The position numbers and the translations under genes were made by a program. A stretch of 64,000 bases of DNA from Escherichia phage JLBYU50: the sequence record OK272470.1; one strand, written 5' to 3'. Shown here piece by piece: positions 9,335 to 19,214 of this stretch. Under the pieces are notes generated by a model that saw only the letters and a list, made by a program, of their open reading frames with translations, did not search any database and was not told the DNA's origin. Position 1 is the stretch's first letter. Each line of letters opens with the position of its first letter.

Positions 9335-10282
9335 TTAGAAACAGTGCAGGAAGTTTCGACCATACTGCAAACCAATAGGAGCAAATGGGATATCATCATC
9401 GAAATCTTGAACAACAGGTTCTGGTTCTTTCGGTGCTGGCTCTTTCTTCTCTACTTTTTTAGTTTCTTTCTTAACTTCTTGTACTGGGGTAGACATTCCA
9501 CGGATAGCAGCAGCTACTTTATCAGACAAAGCAAGAACTTCACGAGCAGCTTCAATAATCTCTTCTGCCGTTACAGTTTTACCTGTATGATCACGACAAG
9601 CGTTAAGAATTGCGTGTCCAACTGAAGCACCAAGATCATAATCAGTCACATCAACGCCACGATCTTTAGCAATTTCTGCTTTCAGAGTAACAGTTGCAGA
9701 TTGTACCACACCAGCCAAGTCGAAAGCATCACCTTTCACACCAGCACGTAGAAGCTCCAGAGCGCCGTTTACAGCGTGTCCTGTTTCAATCCCTACGGTA
9801 TCACGTTTTTTGTAGTTAGGCTTGCTACCTTCGTTATTAGATGGCTTATTTCCACCTTTTGAAGAAGATTGTGCTTGCTGAACACCTTCTGTTGAAAGAA
9901 TAGTGATTTTACCTTTAGAGGAATTGTAGTATGTTTTGCCATTCCATTCAGAAGGTTTAACATCCATAGTTAGTTCTACACCTTTTTCGATAGTAACCCA
10001 CTTGTCACCATCTTTAACTTGCAGGTTTTCATGTTCTGGATGCAGTTTAACTTCACCTAGGCTAACCCAAACACCTTTATCATCAGCACTAGCACCTTTC
10101 TCTTTAATAAGCAGAGATGCTTTGTGAGTTGATTCAATTTTCTTATCTGGCTGACCTGCAACCTTAATATAAGAGACTTTCATTTCATCAAACTTATCCA
10201 GTTTGACATATTCAACGATACCTTCAGCCCAGAATGCTTCTTTTTTAGTACGACGGTCGATTTCAGAATTAATTACTGGCAT
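9335..10282 (-). CDS. Putative single-stranded DNA-binding protein with SSB-like acidic DFDDDIPF motif
   Basis: 315 aa in the replication module. Contains the exact SSB tail motif DFDDDIPF, but followed by 15 further residues. N-terminal half is K/W-rich and beta-rich (OB-fold-like). Terminator hairpin downstream at 9294-9311. Confidence 0.5.
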   Translation of the reverse strand: MPVINSEIDRRTKKEAFWAEGIVEYVKLDKFDEMKVSYIKVAGQPDKKIESTHKASLLIKEKGASADDKGVWVSLGEVKLHPEHENLQVKDGDKWVTIEKGVELTMDVKPSEWNGKTYYNSSKGKITILSTEGVQQAQSSSKGGNKPSNNEGSKPNYKKRDTVGIETGHAVNGALELLRAGVKGDAFDLAGVVQSATVTLKAEIAKDRGVDVTDYDLGASVGHAILNACRDHTGKTVTAEEIIEAAREVLALSDKVAAAIRGMSTPVQEVKKETKKVEKKEPAPKEPEPVVQDFDDDIPFAPIGLQYGRNFLHCF

Positions 10283-10298
10283 AAATTCTCCTCTATAA

Positions 10299-10697
10299 TT
10301 ACATTACTTTAACACAAAACTCTCGTAAAAGAGTAGCGTCAGTTTCTTCCAACAGGTATTTACCAAGACCAATACCAAATCCTATTTCACCACTTTCAAA
10401 ATGGAGGATTTGTATCTTTTCTCCACCAAGATTAATTACTTTTGCTTTTCCAGGATTATCCAAAACATCTCGTATTGTATCCTGTAGTAGCATAAGCTCA
10501 CGTTTTGTGATAGTGGTTTCAGATATCTCTTTGTTTTCTACTCTCACTGTTAAACGATTGTATCCACCAAAGAGACATAGTATTTGAATAAAAAAGGTAT
10601 TATCTTGAGGTTCAACATCTTTTTTGGTTAGCTCAAGACGATTAGTTTCTCTACTGTAGAACGTCTCGACTAAGATTTTAGAACGATTATCTGTCAT
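10299..10697 (-). CDS. Hypothetical protein
   Basis: 132 aa ORF in the - strand operon. No motif recognised. Confidence 0.4.
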   Translation of the reverse strand: MTDNRSKILVETFYSRETNRLELTKKDVEPQDNTFFIQILCLFGGYNRLTVRVENKEISETTITKRELMLLQDTIRDVLDNPGKAKVINLGGEKIQILHFESGEIGFGIGLGKYLLEETDATLLREFCVKVM

Positions 10698-10740
10698 TCA
10701 AGTCCTCATAATAACACATAATTATAATGTTTGTCAACAC

Positions 10741-11334
10741 TTAAATCTTAAATTCTTCGTTGTTAAATGAATCTAGTGTACGTACTTCTGGCTCTTTGGG
10801 AATGAAAACGTCTTTTACAAAGCGGAACATAGGGAAACGTTCTGCCATTTTACGGACGTGTGCTTCTTTACCTGTGTATCGGTGATTAATAGTACAAATA
10901 TTAGTTTTCAGTGCAAATTCAAAATCTGGATGATATACATAATTTTGACCATCCCAGTAACACAAGCAAATAGCTACATCAAAGTTCCATACGATTTCAC
11001 TGCGTACACCTTCTTCCATGATCATAAAGTTAAACTTAAGATCTTTATAGTATGCTTCAAATACCCATTTCAAATGTGGTAGTTCGGCATAAGTGTGTTC
11101 TGTTTGCTTAGTAAGTTGTTTAACATTACGTGCACCAACACCCAACATCAAAAATTTCTCTACTAGTACGATTGTATTGTGGTTAGGCATACGCAAGTAA
11201 ATATCAATATCTTGCGCAGGTTTCTCTAATCGCCAATCACGTACAGCGCCGCCAGCTACAATTGCAAACGGATCTACCAGTTGGCACATACGTAACACTT
11301 CTAAAGCTCGTACTTTTTGATCTTCAATATTCAT
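10741..11334 (-). CDS. Pol-beta superfamily nucleotidyltransferase (CCA-adding enzyme / poly(A) polymerase head-domain-like)
   Basis: 197 aa. Motif VAGGAVRDWRLEKPAQDIDIYL matches the GG(A/S)VRD....D.D signature of tRNA nucleotidyltransferase-family head domains. Confidence 0.6.
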   Translation of the reverse strand: MNIEDQKVRALEVLRMCQLVDPFAIVAGGAVRDWRLEKPAQDIDIYLRMPNHNTIVLVEKFLMLGVGARNVKQLTKQTEHTYAELPHLKWVFEAYYKDLKFNFMIMEEGVRSEIVWNFDVAICLCYWDGQNYVYHPDFEFALKTNICTINHRYTGKEAHVRKMAERFPMFRFVKDVFIPKEPEVRTLDSFNNEEFKI

Positions 11335-11471
11335 ATTTTCTCCTATCTCTTATGGTCTTTGCGTTATTCTAGATGTTCAAACATCTAATTATGAAATGGT
11401 TTAAAAGTGTGGAACAACCTTGGCAATAATAGGTTGTCCCACATAAAAACTCCTTTAAAATCAAAGAGATG

Positions 11472-14051
11472 TCAGTGACAACTAGCCCATGAGTTACCAA
11501 CATCGTAACCAGCAGTGAGAGGTACATTAAGATTGTAATACTCACCAGCTTTATTAACAGCAATAGATGCTAATTCTCCAGCACGACTGTAGGCTGTAAA
11601 CCAACCACCTTTCGGAGATTCATGTACGTTAGCCCAAATCTTGCCAGTACGTTTCTCTTCCTCTTCTTTCCAGGTATTAACTTTATCCAAACATTCTTTA
11701 TCAATTTTCTTTTGTTCTTCTGGATCATCAACTTGAGTCCAACCTAAAGATTCTTTAGAGAACCATTTAAAATGCACCAGATCACGAGTTACTTCAAGCT
11801 GTGCTTCATCGTGGTATGCAATCATTTGTTGAACGAATGACTTATTTTTCCAGTCATCAACAAAAAAGTCAACAGCTAATCCTTCTTCTTCGATAAGATC
11901 ATCGTAGATAACCATTGCTCTTTTTGCACAAATAACACCACCACTCTGGAACAGAGAGTTAAGTATTGCGTGTGCAGATCGTGTAGGTACTTTCCTTCCA
12001 TCAATACCAAGAATGTATTTCTTACCTGTTTTAACCCAAAAATCATGCAGACGTTCTTTAAGAAGAGCAAGAGGTTTTGCAGCTTCCCAGAAAGCATCGT
12101 ATACAAGCTGTCCTGTATACATATCACTACCAATGGTTTTTGCTACTTTTGCAGCTTGAGCACCATAAGTAATACCATACTTAACAGATTTAGCAGGGCT
12201 TCGTTCAAACTTACGACCAATAGTATCAGAAATACGTCGAGCCATCATTGTATGAACATCATTAGGTTTTTCCAACAATAGAGCATTACAATATTCGTGT
12301 GGTTCCTGCTCGTACCGCCAACAGTAGTGTGATTCTATTTTTGCCTCAAGAGAATCAAAGTCATAACCAATTTGGAAGTATTTTGGAACTTCTACACCAA
12401 ATAAGTTACGCATTTCATATCCGTACAGAGATGTTACACGTGGGATATTTGCTACTAACCTATGTTTCATACGAGATGTAGCTGCATCACACGTTGCAGC
12501 AGGAGTTGGTATACGACCATCAGCCCTTACTGCTGCCAGATAACCTTTATCGTAATCCTCTTCATCTTCTTCCCAATCAGCACCACCCCCTAAAATAGAG
12601 TTCCTACGGTGTTTATACGTAAGATACTGCACAATCTGCGTAGCATAAGGAAACTTTTCACCTAGTGCTTCCAAGTTAGGACAAATATCTTTCTCTTGCC
12701 CTTTTGTAAAGGAAGGGTTAGTAAGCACTTTAACACCACGACCTTTAGCTTTAGCAATACGATCTCTTAGTTTCCATTCCAAAGTTTCTGGTGTGCACTC
12801 CAGATGATCACATCTGTCCTGGCAGAAGTTAGATGCTAATGTTTGATCAACGTAGTCACGAATAGCTTTCTCCATTTGTGCTTCATCTTTCTTAATCTTA
12901 GTGCCAGATTTAAGAGTGATATCTTTATCTTTATATTCAGATGGACTCCAACCTAAACCAACTAACCAGTTTTTAATATGTGTAGTGTCATCTAAAGTAG
13001 CAGGTACTGTAGGATCACAAATAGGTTCTTCTGCTGGAATAGGGAGTTTAAACTCTTTACCTAATGCAAATAACCACCAACCATCTTCTTTTTGTACAAG
13101 TTCACCAGAATGTTTCTCTGCAAACTTTATCATGTTACTTGAAGGTTCACCATTCTTTTTAAACTGTAGTTTAGGTGGAATGAATGATTTCAAATAACCT
13201 TTAGTAGCAGGTTTGGGAGGTAGTACAGGTTCTGCCTCTAAACGACATGCTTCCATTCGAGCATCCAGATCACGAATATTATCTTCTGCTTGTTTCATAT
13301 TGAAAGCAAAGCCACGGTGCTCTTGACGTGTAATAATATCAGCTACACGTTGTTCTAAGTTAAATGGTTCAGACCACTTATTATAATCACCCCACTCTTC
13401 CATCAAATAACGGAACACTGCGGTGTTAGCTTTGTTATCGTAAATACAGTAATACAGCATATCTGCTGCAAATGTTTTAAATCTTTCAGTTTCAGGAATG
13501 TTTTTTCTAAAATCAATTTTAACATCCCCTCCAGCTTTCTTAGATAACTCTGCCAGACTATGACCACCGAAGCGATCAGGGTTTAGTGTCTTACTTAAGA
13601 TCATAGTATCACAAATTTCAATGTTACTATTACCCCAAGTATTGTACTTAATACTATAGTTGAGTTTAAAAAATAATTTAATTGCCAGTAAGTCGAAGTT
13701 AATGATGTTGTGTCCAACTACTTTGGTAATTTTATAGTTTGAATTACCTTTAAATTTACCTGTTCCATTTACAAAATCAGGAAAATCTTTAAGAGGGAAA
13801 TGGGTATATTCTAAATGCTCATATTCCTCCAGTCGGTATTCATACTTTCCGTCAGTCTCAATATACGGACGACCATCGAAAAGATATTTATCACCATCAT
13901 GGAAAGCAATAATCTCTCCAGTATCATGACTTTCGCACACAATACAGTGCATTGCAAAACTATCTTTTAAACGATATGGACTTGCCAAGTAATCTACACT
14001 TTCGTCATTAAGCAAGTTGTTACTTTCAATGTCGAAAGTAAAAGCTCCCAT
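11472..14051 (-). CDS. DNA polymerase, family A (with 3'-5' exonuclease domain)
   Basis: 859 aa. Exo I motif FDIES at N-terminus. Pol A motif B (KSVKYGITYGAQA) and motif C (YHDEAQLEV). Confidence 0.9.
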   Translation of the reverse strand: MGAFTFDIESNNLLNDESVDYLASPYRLKDSFAMHCIVCESHDTGEIIAFHDGDKYLFDGRPYIETDGKYEYRLEEYEHLEYTHFPLKDFPDFVNGTGKFKGNSNYKITKVVGHNIINFDLLAIKLFFKLNYSIKYNTWGNSNIEICDTMILSKTLNPDRFGGHSLAELSKKAGGDVKIDFRKNIPETERFKTFAADMLYYCIYDNKANTAVFRYLMEEWGDYNKWSEPFNLEQRVADIITRQEHRGFAFNMKQAEDNIRDLDARMEACRLEAEPVLPPKPATKGYLKSFIPPKLQFKKNGEPSSNMIKFAEKHSGELVQKEDGWWLFALGKEFKLPIPAEEPICDPTVPATLDDTTHIKNWLVGLGWSPSEYKDKDITLKSGTKIKKDEAQMEKAIRDYVDQTLASNFCQDRCDHLECTPETLEWKLRDRIAKAKGRGVKVLTNPSFTKGQEKDICPNLEALGEKFPYATQIVQYLTYKHRRNSILGGGADWEEDEEDYDKGYLAAVRADGRIPTPAATCDAATSRMKHRLVANIPRVTSLYGYEMRNLFGVEVPKYFQIGYDFDSLEAKIESHYCWRYEQEPHEYCNALLLEKPNDVHTMMARRISDTIGRKFERSPAKSVKYGITYGAQAAKVAKTIGSDMYTGQLVYDAFWEAAKPLALLKERLHDFWVKTGKKYILGIDGRKVPTRSAHAILNSLFQSGGVICAKRAMVIYDDLIEEEGLAVDFFVDDWKNKSFVQQMIAYHDEAQLEVTRDLVHFKWFSKESLGWTQVDDPEEQKKIDKECLDKVNTWKEEEEKRTGKIWANVHESPKGGWFTAYSRAGELASIAVNKAGEYYNLNVPLTAGYDVGNSWASCH

Positions 14052-14119
14052 TCTCCCTCCTTAAAATATTTCTAAAGTCTTAATTTGTTAATACTGTACC
14101 ATAAATTAATTGTTTTGTA

Positions 14120-14137
14120 AAGGGGCTTTCGCCCCTT
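14120..14137 (-). terminator. Terminator/attenuator-like hairpin upstream of DNA polymerase gene
   Basis: AAGGGGC-TTTC-GCCCCTT, with T-rich tract on the - strand. Confidence 0.45.
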
Positions 14138-14141
14138 CTTG

Positions 14142-14537
14142 TTATTTATTGTCAGCACTTAATTGTACTTTAATAAGGCAATTAGGGACACCATTGGTAT
14201 TTCTCAAGCCTACACGTTCAATTTTAACTGTCCCTGTTAAGCCACTAAAAGTGGAAACAATGTTATTAATGTTTTCATCCTTACTAGCGATATCAAGAAC
14301 AACTTTATCACTAACATTTTTCAACATACGATCTACAAGCTCTCCCACAAAACCACTGGTAGTTTGAATGAGAAGGTATAGACAACCATCCTCAAACCAC
14401 AAATGTTCACCATAAGCATAACCGTATGGTTCTAACTCCGATCCATCTTGAAATTTAAACTTAGCAATAGTTTTCGTATAATCATACCCTAACGCAGAAG
14501 GGGATACCCCATAGAGGATATTTTCGTTGTCTTTCAT
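14142..14537 (-). CDS. Hypothetical protein
   Basis: Start reassigned to internal ATG (MKDNENIL...) preceded by RBS aaggagag. The longer ORF-track version would overlap the primase-helicase 3' end. Confidence 0.4.
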   Translation of the reverse strand: MKDNENILYGVSPSALGYDYTKTIAKFKFQDGSELEPYGYAYGEHLWFEDGCLYLLIQTTSGFVGELVDRMLKNVSDKVVLDIASKDENINNIVSTFSGLTGTVKIERVGLRNTNGVPNCLIKVQLSADNK

Positions 14538-14547
14538 ATTTCTCTCC

Positions 14548-16320
14548 TTAATAAGAACCATCAGGAATATTCTCTGGGTTACTTGTGTATTGATCGTAAT
14601 CGTGAAGTGTAGCTGTTTTAATCTCATAGAAGAAACTACCTGCTGCACCAGTCTCTGAGAACTCACGGTTCTTTAGAATGTAGCAATATGTGCGGTTACG
14701 TTCCATAGGATCTTCAGCTTGTTTATCACGCTCCAGCGCAATTGTGATACCAGCACCTTTAGCAAGGAAGCTACTACCCATTGCATCATCTTCTACAATA
14801 TGTTCATTACTATTGTTAGAAGACTTTTTAACGTGTGAAATTACAACAATGGTAATTGCGTACTCTTTCATAATGCGTTTGAGCCACGTCGCAAGTTCCT
14901 CTTGTTGTGACACGTCCATACCAGAAAGCAAGTCAGAATAAGGGTCGATAACAAGAATGGTTACTCCGAAATAAATAATCATTTCCAGAACCTTCTCTTT
15001 AATCACATCTACGTTAGCTCCACGATCATCACAAACATAGAAACGTGGTGTTCCATCTTCTCGTTCGTAAAAATCACGAATCTTTTCTTCATTATCTTTT
15101 AAAATCTTTTCCTTCTCTTCTTTCGTTTTACGGTGAAGAGGGATATGCAAGAATGAAGACAGTAAGTTACGAGAATACTTCTTATACGTTGCCTCCAAAG
15201 ATAAAATACCAAGAGTATGTTCTGGGTGTGCAAGAATAATGTGCTTCGTAATCTCGTTAACCAACAGTGTTTTACCGATACTTGTTTTTGCAAGTATAAC
15301 AGTAATTTCTTCTTCTACCAAGCCTCCACCTAACATATTAGAAGCAACACGCATGAATGGAGGAAGGGTGATCATTTTAGCTTCCAGGCATTCCAAGGCT
15401 GCTTCATACAGTACGTTAGAAGCGTAAACACCAGCAGGTGTGTACAGTTTAGCTTTGAAAAAGCGATCAATAAAATGATCAATTTTTCCTTCTACTAGTG
15501 CCTGGTTAGGATCTTTAACATCAGTTAGTTCCATCACGTAAACTTTATTACGTGGTAAGATTTTAACACATTTCTCAACTGCTGCACGTCCAGCGTCATC
15601 ATTGTCCATACATAGAACAATCTTTTTAAATTGGTCTAAGAATTTATAACGATGTTGAAGCTGCTTATGCAGAGATGTTTCGCCACAAGTACCAGATACT
15701 ACAGCAGGAACAGGATATTTACCACCCTTGTTATAATCTTTTAGCATCTGTGTTGCAGCCAGCATATCGTGTTCACCACCAACGATTAGAATAGTACCGC
15801 TGTGGTTACGATATTTAAACTCCCCAAAAAGATCACAATCCTTTCCTGTTTCACCGATAGGATGTGAGAAATCTTTTGGATCGATACGTTGTTTATACCC
15901 CGCAATATTGTAATCTTTAGTTGTAGGGTATAGTGTTGAAATTACTTCGCCAGTAGCTTCATCGTACATATAACGTACACCGAAAGGCTTAGAGATATCT
16001 TCACGAATACCGCGATAACCTTTTGGATTAGTTCCAGTGCTGGCTTTTAGTTTATCATGTACTTCTGGATTAAACTCACTACCCAAGATATCCTCCTCTT
16101 CAATTTCTTCGCCGTGTGCATTTAACCATTTTTGATCAGGGATAGTAAAGCCACAAGAAAAACAATGTGCGCCTCGATGGTCTTCATCGGCATCTAAGCC
16201 ATATACCATCAAATTGTTTTGTGATCGATCACGCCCTCCTTTCATACAACGAGGACACCCAGTATGTCCTTCTTGACTTAGATCAATGTTATACCCATAT
16301 TTATTTACAACATAAGACAC
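14548..16320 (-). CDS. Bifunctional DNA primase / replicative helicase (T7 gp4-like)
   Basis: 590 aa. N-terminal Zn-ribbon (CPRC...CFSC), central TOPRIM-like region (MDNDDAG), C-terminal DnaB-like helicase with Walker A (AKTSIGKT) and Walker B-like (LVIDPYSDL). Confidence 0.85.
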   Translation of the reverse strand: MSYVVNKYGYNIDLSQEGHTGCPRCMKGGRDRSQNNLMVYGLDADEDHRGAHCFSCGFTIPDQKWLNAHGEEIEEEDILGSEFNPEVHDKLKASTGTNPKGYRGIREDISKPFGVRYMYDEATGEVISTLYPTTKDYNIAGYKQRIDPKDFSHPIGETGKDCDLFGEFKYRNHSGTILIVGGEHDMLAATQMLKDYNKGGKYPVPAVVSGTCGETSLHKQLQHRYKFLDQFKKIVLCMDNDDAGRAAVEKCVKILPRNKVYVMELTDVKDPNQALVEGKIDHFIDRFFKAKLYTPAGVYASNVLYEAALECLEAKMITLPPFMRVASNMLGGGLVEEEITVILAKTSIGKTLLVNEITKHIILAHPEHTLGILSLEATYKKYSRNLLSSFLHIPLHRKTKEEKEKILKDNEEKIRDFYEREDGTPRFYVCDDRGANVDVIKEKVLEMIIYFGVTILVIDPYSDLLSGMDVSQQEELATWLKRIMKEYAITIVVISHVKKSSNNSNEHIVEDDAMGSSFLAKGAGITIALERDKQAEDPMERNRTYCYILKNREFSETGAAGSFFYEIKTATLHDYDQYTSNPENIPDGSY

Positions 16321-16332
16321 ATGATTCTCCTA

Positions 16333-16602
16333 CTAAAATGATTCGTTTGTCTCCATAATATATTGCATTTCCAAATCTTCCATATGTTTCTTAAATTGGT
16401 AAACAATTTCCGATGGGGAAATATCTATATCAAAAAGTTCTTTTGTACCAGAATAAAATCTAATACCATCAACAATAAGACCACCATAATAATCCCAATC
16501 ACTTTCTCGTGAGAAAGGGTTAGGTTCTTCATAATAGTAATCTACTTCAACAATAATAGGTTCTTTATTATCTTGTTTATACTCAAAATCAAAAGTGTTC
16601 AT
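16333..16602 (-). CDS. Hypothetical protein
   Basis: 89 aa acidic ORF between primase-helicase and glycosyltransferase genes. Confidence 0.4.
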   Translation of the reverse strand: MNTFDFEYKQDNKEPIIVEVDYYYEEPNPFSRESDWDYYGGLIVDGIRFYSGTKELFDIDISPSEIVYQFKKHMEDLEMQYIMETNESF

Positions 16603-17546
16603 TATAAATCCTCGATAAGCAGTCTGCGGGTTTCATTTAAATCATCAATATTGTAGTTATCTCTTACATACTTAGCAAGAGCCAATCCTTTCTCAATACA
16701 AACATCAGGGGATTCGATTAAGTATTCTACAATATCTTTCCACTCTTTAACTGAATCAGCAAAGAAGATTAGATCTTTAAATTCTTCAGTATAGTAGTTC
16801 TCTCGTGGTGAACAAACGAGTGGCAAACCTTTAGCACCAGCTTCAAGAATTTTTAAATTACTTTTGGCATTATTAAAATGATTATTTACTAACGGAGCTA
16901 TGGAGATTTGATGACCATCGTATGCTTCCATATAGCACTCATAAGGACGAATACCTTCATAAACACAATTTGGTTGAATATCTTCTTTAATTTGCAACCA
17001 TTGAGCACTACTTAACTCTTCGTGATCTCTACGAAATCCACATAAAGTTAAATCTTTACCAAAACTAGGAAGAATAGCTAAATCATGTTTATGTGTTTCA
17101 CTTCCCGCCCAAACCAGTGGACTTTTAGAATAACGATCTTTAGTAAGAACAAACTGTCCTTCATCAAAAGGTAGTCCGTTAGGCACAATATGTACATTAT
17201 CATTGTATTGGCTTAATTCAACCTTTAATGCTGGAGTTGTTGTAGTTACAAGATCGCTTCTTTCAAGGAACCATTTTAGGTCATCTCGGATTTGATTTTC
17301 AAATAATCCTTCCAGCATATGCCCTTCAGGAATAATTAAAGAATCATCCAGATCCATTACCAATTTAAACCCAAGTTGTTTAAGAGCCAGGAAACCTGGC
17401 TTTCCACGGGTTGGTACTCCATTGAACACAAAAATATTATGCTTAGGATTAATGGTCAGTTTGCGTTTATATGGCAAAATGATTCTGTGAAAATCACATA
17501 CACTATACTTTTCATTTCCGCGTGTGTCAAGAATAATATTAGGCAT
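16602..17546 (-). CDS. Glycosyltransferase-like protein (paralog 1)
   Basis: 314 aa. Shares long colinear motifs with the next gene (VWAGSETH.HDL; ISIAPLVNNHFNNAKSNLKILEAGAKGLPLVCSP). Pattern resembles GT-B sugar-nucleotide-binding C-terminal domains. Confidence 0.45.
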   Translation of the reverse strand: MPNIILDTRGNEKYSVCDFHRIILPYKRKLTINPKHNIFVFNGVPTRGKPGFLALKQLGFKLVMDLDDSLIIPEGHMLEGLFENQIRDDLKWFLERSDLVTTTTPALKVELSQYNDNVHIVPNGLPFDEGQFVLTKDRYSKSPLVWAGSETHKHDLAILPSFGKDLTLCGFRRDHEELSSAQWLQIKEDIQPNCVYEGIRPYECYMEAYDGHQISIAPLVNNHFNNAKSNLKILEAGAKGLPLVCSPRENYYTEEFKDLIFFADSVKEWKDIVEYLIESPDVCIEKGLALAKYVRDNYNIDDLNETRRLLIEDL

Positions 17547-17557
17547 ATCGCTCCTTA

Positions 17558-18532
17558 TTAAAGACTTTCAATAACTTGACGACGCAGTTCATTGGCATCT
17601 GCAAGATTATAATTAAGACGAACGTGTTCTGCAAGCATCATACCACGATCTTCTGTGTATCTAGGGTTCCTCATTAGCTTGACAACTTCATAATGCCAAG
17701 ATGCTTTAGAGTCTGCATAGATAACAGCCTTTGCATCTACCGGATTGAAGTACGGCAGCACAGGAGAACAGATAATAGGAAGACCCTTTGCACCTGCTTC
17801 CAAAATCTTCAAATTGCTTTTACAGTTGTTGAAGTCATTATCTACCAGAGGAGCAATTGCAATACTGTGACCGTCATACACAGACATATACTCACCTAAA
17901 TTTTTAATAGCTGGTTTATACTGTGCATTTGGAATTTTACGTTTTACTTTAACCCACTCCGCAGTAGTTAGATACTGACTATTATTTCCAACAGGTGCAG
18001 AAGGATACACTTCATACCCTGCAATTGTCAATAGTGTATCATCAAATGTATTAGCTACAAGAGATAAATCAGGCTCATGGCTTGCTCCTCCAGCCCAAAC
18101 AATAGGCGTGTCAGAATAACGGTCTTTTGTTAAAGTAAATTGACCTTCGTCGTAAGGCAGTGCGTTTCTAATAACGACAACATTACGATTTAAATGACGA
18201 ATTTTGTAAGCTAGGTATTCTGTTGTTACTGTAACAACATCTGCTAACTTAACCATCTCTACAATAGTCTTTGAGTGATTAGTAAATACGCCAGCCATAT
18301 AATGTTCAGGATTAAGCGAATAAAAATCATCTAAATCAACAATAATCTTAACACCTTGTGCCTTCAGGCGTTTAACTTCGTCTGATCCACGAGAATACAC
18401 TCTATTAAAAACTAAAACGTCTTTCTTAGGCTTAAACGTATTTCCCGCAAATGGCATTACAATACGATGGTAATCACAACCACTGCCTAACTTATTATCA
18501 CACTTAAGTACAGGAGTATTAGGATTTACCAT
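17558..18532 (-). CDS. Glycosyltransferase-like protein (paralog 2)
   Basis: Start set at internal ATG (MVNPNTPVLKCDN...) to match paralog 1 N-terminus and avoid overlap. Conserved block IAIAPLVDNDFNNCKSNLKILEAGAKGLPIICSP. Confidence 0.45.
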   Translation of the reverse strand: MVNPNTPVLKCDNKLGSGCDYHRIVMPFAGNTFKPKKDVLVFNRVYSRGSDEVKRLKAQGVKIIVDLDDFYSLNPEHYMAGVFTNHSKTIVEMVKLADVVTVTTEYLAYKIRHLNRNVVVIRNALPYDEGQFTLTKDRYSDTPIVWAGGASHEPDLSLVANTFDDTLLTIAGYEVYPSAPVGNNSQYLTTAEWVKVKRKIPNAQYKPAIKNLGEYMSVYDGHSIAIAPLVDNDFNNCKSNLKILEAGAKGLPIICSPVLPYFNPVDAKAVIYADSKASWHYEVVKLMRNPRYTEDRGMMLAEHVRLNYNLADANELRRQVIESL

Positions 18533-19205
18533 ATTTTTGAGCCTCCTCATAAGAGATAAAAGTTTTACCATTGCGAAGATCCTCCAGTGATTGTTTATAT
18601 TGTTCCCAGTTTACACCAATCCCCTGTTCTTTCTCTTCTTTTGACAGATTCGCAAAAGGTAAAGGATTATCTCCAAACACATCGTCAGGATGGATAAACG
18701 CCATAATTCGAATAGGACATGGTACGCCGTGAATACCTCGATTCAAACCTGCCAGTGGAACACGCTGAATCCACTCTGCATCCTCATATCCATAACCGTG
18801 AGTGTATGAGCGGAAATAGCCAGCTTTCTCAATAACTGCACGGGAATACATACCAAACTGGCACATGCCTAGCTCCCAAATAACCACTTCTCCTTCAATA
18901 CCTTTTACTTTATCTTTAAAATATTCAGGCATACCAAAGAAATCCCAACCGTTTTCCTTCGCCTGTTTTACAAAGTATGTTTCCCAACCTGGTACAACCG
19001 GATAGCAATCATCATCAAAAATAAACCAGTAGTCATACCCTTCATCATAAAACTTTTTCATCAGTTCATTACGGGCATATGCAACACCTTTTCGTTCACG
19101 ATCATACTGTACAACAAAAGTAGCATTAGGATCAGTTACAAGATAATCTTTAAGAGGACGCTTACCTACAGTAATAACACCAACACCAATTTTTGTATTT
19201 TCCAA
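18519..19205 (-). CDS. Glycosyltransferase family 2-like protein (GT-A fold)
   Basis: 228 aa. N-terminal GVGVITVGKR nucleotide-binding-like strand and DxD-type motif (WFIFDDDCYP). Confidence 0.5.
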   Translation of the reverse strand: MENTKIGVGVITVGKRPLKDYLVTDPNATFVVQYDRERKGVAYARNELMKKFYDEGYDYWFIFDDDCYPVVPGWETYFVKQAKENGWDFFGMPEYFKDKVKGIEGEVVIWELGMCQFGMYSRAVIEKAGYFRSYTHGYGYEDAEWIQRVPLAGLNRGIHGVPCPIRIMAFIHPDDVFGDNPLPFANLSKEEKEQGIGVNWEQYKQSLEDLRNGKTFISYEEAQKYGKS

Positions 19206-19214
19206 AATAACTCC

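Noticed and set aside
9335-10282. Calling this ORF a canonical E. coli-type SSB with gene symbol ssb
   Set aside because: The DFDDDIPF motif is not C-terminal and the N-terminal region does not obviously match the canonical SSB OB-fold sequence; kept as SSB-like only.
11876-13197. Antisense and alternative-frame ORFs within the DNA polymerase gene (11876-12133, 11970-12281, 12299-12481, 12901-13197)
   Set aside because: Overlap a confidently assigned family-A polymerase CDS.
14142-14666. Long form (174 aa) of the ORF downstream of primase-helicase
   Set aside because: Its 5' part would overlap the primase-helicase 3' coding end by about 120 nt; an internal ATG with RBS aaggagag gives a non-overlapping 131-aa product.
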